Origin: Longivirga aurantiaca
Lineage (GTDB): Bacteria > Actinomycetota > Actinomycetes > S36-B12 > CAIYMF01
Assembly (NCBI RefSeq): GCF_042660085.1
Contig: NZ_JBHSTI010000009.1
Coordinates: forward strand, 1 to 32,000
Direction: 5' to 3'
DNA: 32,000 bases
In this document: positions 26,335 to 32,000 of the stretch, in pieces
How positions within the stretch are numbered: position 1 is the stretch's first letter
Layout: every line of letters begins with the position of its first letter
The notes under the pieces: generated by a model
Told to the model about the DNA's origin: nothing
Databases searched by the model: none
The model's input: the letters and a program-made list of their open reading frames with translations, nothing else
Position numbers and translations under genes: made by a program

Positions 26335-27093
26335 ATGTCCATGGAGCTCAAGGGTGCGATCGCCGTCGTTACGGGCGGTGCTTCCGGCATCGGGAAGGCC
26401 ACCCGCGACCTGTTGGAGGCGGCGGGTGCCCGACCAGTGACGTGGGACCTCGCGGGGGCCGACATCCGCTGCGACGTCTCCAGCGAGGAGTCGGTCGAGG
26501 CGGCGATCGCCGCGACGGTGGCTGGCTACGGGGTTCCGTCGATCCTGGTGGCCGCCGCCGGGGTCGGGCGGACCGGACGCATCGTCGACCTGGATCTCTC
26601 CGACTGGGATCTGACGTACGCGGTGAACATCCGCGGCGTCATGCTCGCTCTGCGCGTCGTCGCACGCGAGATGATCGCGGCGGGCCTGCCAGGCAGCTGC
26701 ATCCTCATCAGCAGCGTCAACGGAACGGTGGCCGATGCTGCGCACTCGATGTACTCCACGAGCAAGGCGGCCGTGAACCATCTGGCCCGATGCGCCGCGG
26801 TCGAGCTCGGCCCCGAGGGGATCAGGGTGAACGCGGTAGCACCGGGACCTGTGGAGACCCCGATGATGAGCGGCGTTCTCGCCATTGAGGGCTACAGGCA
26901 ACAGATCGCGGACACCACGCCCCTCGGCCGTATCGGCGCGCCGGAGGACATCGCGGAAGCGGTGCTCAACCTGCTGCGGTCCGACTGGGTCACCGGGCAG
27001 GTGGTGGCCGTCGACGGAGCTGCATCGCTCATGAGCGCGCGCGGTCACGACCGCGCTCGCAAGCTCACTCAGAAGCACGGGGACGGGGCATGA
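26335..27093 (+). CDS. SDR-family oxidoreductase
   Basis: TGGASGIGKA, S...YSTSKAA and APGPV motifs. The second ATG at 26341 has better spacing from GGAGG, so the start is 26335 or 26341. Confidence 0.9.
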   Translation: MSMELKGAIAVVTGGASGIGKATRDLLEAAGARPVTWDLAGADIRCDVSSEESVEAAIAATVAGYGVPSILVAAAGVGRTGRIVDLDLSDWDLTYAVNIRGVMLALRVVAREMIAAGLPGSCILISSVNGTVADAAHSMYSTSKAAVNHLARCAAVELGPEGIRVNAVAPGPVETPMMSGVLAIEGYRQQIADTTPLGRIGAPEDIAEAVLNLLRSDWVTGQVVAVDGAASLMSARGHDRARKLTQKHGDGA

Positions 27094-27602
27094 TGGCGGC
27101 GACCCCCGTCGAGACCGATGCCGGCGGCGACAGCGTCACTGTCCGCTTCCGGGACGCGATGGGACAGGTGGCCGCACCGGTATGCGTGGTCACGATCCTC
27201 GACGACGCCCACCCGTACGGCACCACGGTGAGTGCCTTCATGTCGCTGTCGATGGCACCGCCCATGCTGCTGCTGTCCCTCGACAACACATCCCGGCTGC
27301 TCAGCCGGATCTCGTTCGGCTCGCGACTGGGTGTGAACATCCTCGCCACGGACCAGCAGGCGCTCGCGAGCAGGTTCGCGAGCAAGATCGATGACAAGTT
27401 CGACGGCGTCGACTGGTTCCTGGACGCCGACGCGCCCCGGTTCGACTCGGTCCACGCGTGGGTCTGCCTCGACGTGCGCGAGATCATCGCGGGGGGCGAC
27501 CACCGCGTGATCCTCGGAGAGGTCGTCGCGGCCGAGGCCCTCGAAGGCTTCCAGCCGCTCACGTACCACCGCCGGACGTTCGGCACGCACGCCGCTCTCT
27601 GA
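27090..27602 (+). CDS. NAD(P)H:flavin reductase (Flavin_Reduct domain, HsaB/HpaC type)
   Basis: 170 aa. ATGA overlap with the SDR gene. FRDAMGQVAAPVCVVT...GTTVSAFMSLSMAPPMLLLSL...GDHRVILGEV. Confidence 0.88.
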   Translation: MMAATPVETDAGGDSVTVRFRDAMGQVAAPVCVVTILDDAHPYGTTVSAFMSLSMAPPMLLLSLDNTSRLLSRISFGSRLGVNILATDQQALASRFASKIDDKFDGVDWFLDADAPRFDSVHAWVCLDVREIIAGGDHRVILGEVVAAEALEGFQPLTYHRRTFGTHAAL

Positions 27603-27662
27603 TCGAGCCGGCCCAGCTGCTCGGCACGACGCTCCGCCACCCGGCCGAGGAAGGATCCGTGA

Positions 27663-28205
27663 ATGAAGCTCTTCCACATCAACGTGGTGTGCATGGACTT
27701 CGAGAAGTCCTACGCCTTCTACACCGAGACGCTCGGCATGGTGCCGCTCACCCGGCGTACCGCTTCCTCCGGGGACGGCGCTCCGACGGGACCGCTCACG
27801 CGTCTGCCGGACGGACGGCTGCCGGGGGAGGCCCGCACCAAGGACGAGGATCAGGATGCTTCCCGGCGCGCGCTGGCGATGTCCGGTGATATGGGTAGCC
27901 GAGGCGTTCTGCTCTACTGGCCCGAGATGCCCCAGGGTCCGTACATCGACCTGCTCGAGTGGACCGAGGGCGGCTACGACGTCGAGCGGACGGTGAAGGG
28001 CACCGGCTTCGCGCGCCTCGCCATGCAGGTGGACGACATCGAGGCCGAGTACGCGCGCATGACCGAGCGGGGCGTCGAGTTCTACAGCGAGCCCGTCCTC
28101 ATCACGCTCGGCGCCACGGCCATCAAGATCGTGTTCTTCGAGGATCCGGACGGCACCGTCCTCGAGTTCGTGGAGCTCGCCGCCGGCGGCTGGGGGAAGG
28201 TCTGA
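27663..28205 (+). CDS. VOC-superfamily protein (glyoxalase / one-domain extradiol dioxygenase fold)
   Basis: 180 aa. FHINVVCMDFEKSYAFYTETLGM and C-terminal KIVFFEDPDGTVLEFVE. A polar segment of about 45 aa lies between the first two beta-alpha-beta elements. Confidence 0.78.
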   Translation: MKLFHINVVCMDFEKSYAFYTETLGMVPLTRRTASSGDGAPTGPLTRLPDGRLPGEARTKDEDQDASRRALAMSGDMGSRGVLLYWPEMPQGPYIDLLEWTEGGYDVERTVKGTGFARLAMQVDDIEAEYARMTERGVEFYSEPVLITLGATAIKIVFFEDPDGTVLEFVELAAGGWGKV

Positions 28206-28206
28206 C

Positions 28207-28977
28207 ATGCCTGCTTCGATGACGGGACAGACGGCCATCGTGACCGGAGGGAGCCGGGGGATCTGCCTCGCTGCCGCCAAAGCGATGCTCGATCGTGGCG
28301 CCAACGTGTGCATCACCGGGCGGCACGAGGAGCAGCTGGCCGAGGCGCTGGCGCATCTGGCCGCTGGTAATCGCGCTATCGCGGTTGCCGGGCACGCGGC
28401 AGAGGCCGCGCACCGTGAGGAGACGGTCGCGACGGTGATGGCGACGTTCGGATCGATCGACGTCCTGGTCAACGGGGTGGGCATCAACCCGTACTACGGG
28501 TCGCTCTCGGACCTGCCGGAGGACGTCGCGATCAAGATGTACCGCACCAACGTGCTCGCCGCCCTGGAGTGGTTCAAGCTGTGCGAGAAGGCATGGATGG
28601 CCGAGCACGGCGGGAGCGTGGTCAACCTCGCCGCGGCCGGCGTCTACCGCGGAGGCCCACTGCTCGGCGCGTACTGCGTCACCAAGGCCGCGCTCGTGCG
28701 GCTCACCGAGCAGCTTGCGCTGGAGAAGGCTCCGCTCCGGATCCGGTTCAACGCCGTCGCCCCCGCCACGGTGCGCACGAAGTTCGCCGCCAAGTTCTGG
28801 GAGGGCAACGAGGAGGCGGTCGCAGCGGCGTACCCGATCGGGCGTGCCGGGGAGCCCGAGGATGTCGGCGAGGCCATCGCCTTCTTCGCGAGCAACGACT
28901 CGTCGTGGATCACCGGACAGACCCTCGCCATCGACGGCGGGCTGTTGCTCACGACGTCGGTCGACTCGCTCGCGTGA
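28207..28977 (+). CDS. SDR-fold paralog with degenerate hallmark motifs (possible non-catalytic subunit)
   Basis: 256 aa, collinear with the next gene. TGGSRGIC instead of TGxxxGxG, NLAAAG instead of NLSSAG (catalytic Ser lost), APAT instead of APGT. YCVTK is retained. Confidence 0.85.
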   Translation: MPASMTGQTAIVTGGSRGICLAAAKAMLDRGANVCITGRHEEQLAEALAHLAAGNRAIAVAGHAAEAAHREETVATVMATFGSIDVLVNGVGINPYYGSLSDLPEDVAIKMYRTNVLAALEWFKLCEKAWMAEHGGSVVNLAAAGVYRGGPLLGAYCVTKAALVRLTEQLALEKAPLRIRFNAVAPATVRTKFAAKFWEGNEEAVAAAYPIGRAGEPEDVGEAIAFFASNDSSWITGQTLAIDGGLLLTTSVDSLA

Positions 28978-28990
28978 AGGGGGCAGTCCT

Positions 28991-29761
28991 ATGCCGGCGT
29001 CGATGAAGGACCGGGTCGCGATCGTGACGGGCGGGACACGCGGTATCGGCCTGGCCACGGCGCGGTCCTTGCTGGATCGCGGGGCGACCGTGTGCATCAC
29101 CGGACGCAGTACCGAGCAGCTGGCCGATGCACTCACCCAGCTGGATGCGGGTGAACGAGCAATCGGCGTCGCCGGCCACGCGGCCGAGGCTGCGCACCAG
29201 GACGCCACGGTCGCGCGCGTCATGGCGGAGTTCGGATCCGTCGACGTCCTGGTCAACGGGGTGGGCATCAACCCGTACTACGGGTCGACCAGCGACCTGC
29301 CCGAGGATGTAGCGATCAAGATGTTCCGCACCAACGTGTTGGCGGCTCTTGCCTGGTTCACCCGCTGCGAGCAGGCCTGGATGGGTGAGCATGGCGGGAG
29401 CGTCGTCAACCTGTCCTCGGCCGGCGCCTATCGAGGCGGTCCGCTCCTCGGCTCGTACGGCATCACGAAGGCCGCGATGATCCGGTTGACGGAGCAGCTG
29501 GCCCTCGAGAAGGCGCCCCGACGGATACGGGTCAACGCAGTCGCCCCCGGCACGGTGCGGACGAAGTTCGCGGCGCAGTTCTGGGAAGGCAACGAGGAGG
29601 CCGCCGCGGCCGCGTATCCGCTGGGCAGGGCAGGGGAGCCTGAGGACGTGGCCGAGGCGATCGCCTTCCTGGCCAGTGACGACGCGTCGTGGATCACCGG
29701 CCAGACACTCGCGATCGACGGCGGACTCCTGCTGACGACGCTCGTCGACTCCCTGGCCTGA
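28991..29761 (+). CDS. SDR-family oxidoreductase (intact paralog)
   Basis: ATG at 28991 after AAGGGGG. TGGTRGIG, NLSSAG, YGITK and APGT are all intact. Confidence 0.9.
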   Translation: MPASMKDRVAIVTGGTRGIGLATARSLLDRGATVCITGRSTEQLADALTQLDAGERAIGVAGHAAEAAHQDATVARVMAEFGSVDVLVNGVGINPYYGSTSDLPEDVAIKMFRTNVLAALAWFTRCEQAWMGEHGGSVVNLSSAGAYRGGPLLGSYGITKAAMIRLTEQLALEKAPRRIRVNAVAPGTVRTKFAAQFWEGNEEAAAAAYPLGRAGEPEDVAEAIAFLASDDASWITGQTLAIDGGLLLTTLVDSLA

Positions 29762-29785
29762 GCAGCCACGGCAACCGGAGGAACA

Positions 29786-30766
<981 letters not shown>

Positions 30767-30770
30767 TTCG

Positions 30771-30804
30771 CGGCACCGTCGTGAGACGGGTGCCCGTGAC
30801 CCGT
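30771..30804. terminator. Candidate bidirectional terminator between convergent genes
   Basis: Alternative hairpins: GGCACCGTC-gtga-GACGGGTGCC (30771-30793, one bulge) and GACGGGT (30784-30790) pairing with ACCCGTC (30798-30804). No U-tract. Confidence 0.3.
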
Positions 30805-31736
30805 CAGGTGCGGTTGCCGAACCTCGCGATCAGCGCCTGGCCCTGGCCGTCCGCCTCGGTGTGCCGCACGAGCCCCGCGTCGTACACGGAGTCGGCGAGG
30901 AACAGCTGCTCGACGTTGTCGCGGATGTCCTCGGGGGACGGGTCGTCGGAGCCGAAGCCGTACGCCTCGCCGATCACCACCTGCGCGGTAGTGCCCGCGA
31001 TGGCCGTGAACGTCTCTCCGTTGACCTTCGTCTCGGGGTGCGACAGCCAGAGCACGGTGGGCGACACGAGATGGGGGGAGAACTTGGCGAGCAGCTCGTC
31101 GGTGAAGAACTTGCTGCTCGCGCTCACGGGGCGCGTGCCGGCGCCGGGTGAGATCTCGTTGATGTAGATGCCGTGGTCGAGGGAGTCCAGGGAGAGCGTC
31201 CTCGTGAAGCCGTGGATGCCCGCCTTGGCGACGCCGTACTCCAGGCGTCCCGTGCTGCCGACGAAGCCGACGGCCGAGGTGGTGTTCACGATCTTCCCGT
31301 AGCCGCGTGCCTGCATGTGCGGCCACGCGGCACGGGTGCAGTTGATGGTCCCGTACAGGTGCACCATGAGGACGCGCTCGAAGCTCTCCTGCGTGGTGTC
31401 CAGGAACGTGTAGCGGTCGGTGAAGATCCCGGCGTTGTTGACCAGGATGTCGATCTGGCCCCAGGTGTCGAGGGCCTGACCGATGATCGACTCGCCCGCC
31501 TCGACGGTGCCGACCGGGTCGAAGTTGGCGATCGCCTCGCCGCCGCGCGACACGATGAGGTCCACGACTTCCTGCGCAGGCGCGAGGTCCCCGCCACTGC
31601 CGTCGAGCTCGACGCCCGGGTCGTTGACGAGGACGCGGGCCCCGCGCGCGGCGAGGAGCAGCGCGTGCTCGCGACCGAGGCCGCGACCGGCGCCGGTGAC
31701 GACGGCCACGTGCCCGTCGAGTCGAAGCTCACCCAT
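30804..31736 (-). CDS. SDR, MFE-2/Hsd4A-like (3R)-hydroxyacyl-CoA / 17-beta-hydroxysteroid dehydrogenase type
   Basis: 310 aa from the internal ATG (CAT at 31734-31736 on +) after GGAGG. VVTGAGRGLGREHALLLAARGARVLVND, NNAGI, S...YGVAKAG, and a C-terminal extension of about 60 aa as in MFE-2 dehydrogenase domains. Confidence 0.82.
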   Translation of the reverse strand: MGELRLDGHVAVVTGAGRGLGREHALLLAARGARVLVNDPGVELDGSGGDLAPAQEVVDLIVSRGGEAIANFDPVGTVEAGESIIGQALDTWGQIDILVNNAGIFTDRYTFLDTTQESFERVLMVHLYGTINCTRAAWPHMQARGYGKIVNTTSAVGFVGSTGRLEYGVAKAGIHGFTRTLSLDSLDHGIYINEISPGAGTRPVSASSKFFTDELLAKFSPHLVSPTVLWLSHPETKVNGETFTAIAGTTAQVVIGEAYGFGSDDPSPEDIRDNVEQLFLADSVYDAGLVRHTEADGQGQALIARFGNRT

Positions 31737-31898
31737 CGTGCCGACCTCCAAGGACAGCACGCACCCGCCCGCGTACGGGCGGGGCGTGTCACTGGTGTCA
31801 GCCGGTCGCGGACCGACCGGGCTGCTCTCGCGGGAGACTGGGGCGGGGTCCGATCGCCGCGGACCCCTTCCCGGCCACCTCTGGTGCGGGCGGGGTTG

Positions 31899-31928
31899 AC
31901 GGTAGGACCCGCCTGCTGAGACTGTCAA
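31899..31928 (-). promoter_or_regulatory. Candidate promoter of the Hsd4A-like SDR: TTGACA (31928-31923), 18-bp spacer, TACCGT (31904-31899)
   Basis: Same -35/operator fusion and spacing as copies 1 and 2. Implies a leader of about 155 nt containing GC-rich hairpins, for example CCCGCCCG-cgta-CGGGCGGG at 31764-31783 (+ coordinates). Confidence 0.42.
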
Positions 31929-31937
31929 GCGCTTGGT
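31922..31937. promoter_or_regulatory. Operator copy 3 (reverse complement of ACCAAGCGCTTGACAG)
   Basis: Read directly as CTGTCAAGCGCTTGGT on the + strand. Confidence 0.55.
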
Positions 31938-32000
31938 AGAGAGATTCTCGGACCGCACGCGGTCCCGTCCCCGCGAGAGGTGTCCCGTGACCGACGAGGT

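Larger units (their letters stand above)
28207..29761 (+). repeat. Tandem gene duplication (two 771-nt SDR genes, 784-nt period)
   Basis: The proteins align end to end without gaps. Both start MPASM and end DGGLLLTT.VDSLA. The 46-nt block CGACGTCCTGGTCAACGGGGTGGGCATCAACCCGTACTACGGGTCG is identical in both copies. Confidence 0.85.

Overview
Very GC-rich, actinobacterial-type chromosomal DNA, densely coding. I support about 39 CDS in six transcription units. I found no rRNA, tRNA, CRISPR array, transposase, integrase or phage gene. The content is almost entirely oxidative and CoA-dependent catabolism. Unit A (461-9822, +): Baeyer-Villiger monooxygenase, SCP-x-type thiolase plus DUF35 partner, F420-type luciferase-like oxidoreductase, acyl-CoA ligase, cyclase-family hydrolase, NTF2/SnoaL protein, two SDRs. 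Unit B (10415-16279, +): quinone-oxidoreductase-like MDR, then ScoA/ScoB CoA-transferase, MaoC hydratase and CitE-like lyase (an itaconate/citramalyl-CoA-type module), a PECR-like SDR, a double PQ-loop membrane protein and a PPOX-class F420 enzyme. Unit C (19292-16286, -): ferredoxin, HAD phosphatase, TesB and RibBA. Unit D (19482-23981, +): P450, thiolase, HAD, FabG, MaoC. Unit E (24149-30766, +): ACAD-fold flavin monooxygenase, MBL hydrolase, SDR, flavin reductase, VOC protein, two tandem SDR paralogs, aldo-keto reductase. Unit F (31736-30804, -): Hsd4A/MFE-2-like SDR. The strongest non-coding signal is a 16-19 nt cassette that occurs three times, at the heads of units C/D, E and F. It consists of the perfect palindrome CAAGCGCTTG fused to a TTGACA -35 box. 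From memory it resembles the KstR2 (TetR-family) operator, yet it controls a non-canonical gene set. Other points worth a second look: the upstream tandem SDR copy has lost three hallmark SDR motifs; a stand-alone ribBA is coupled to a HAD phosphatase inside a flavin/F420-rich island; a 42-codon ORF is wedged between scoA and scoB; and the PQ-loop protein has two repeats. All function calls are family-level inferences from motifs read in the translations. No database search was run.
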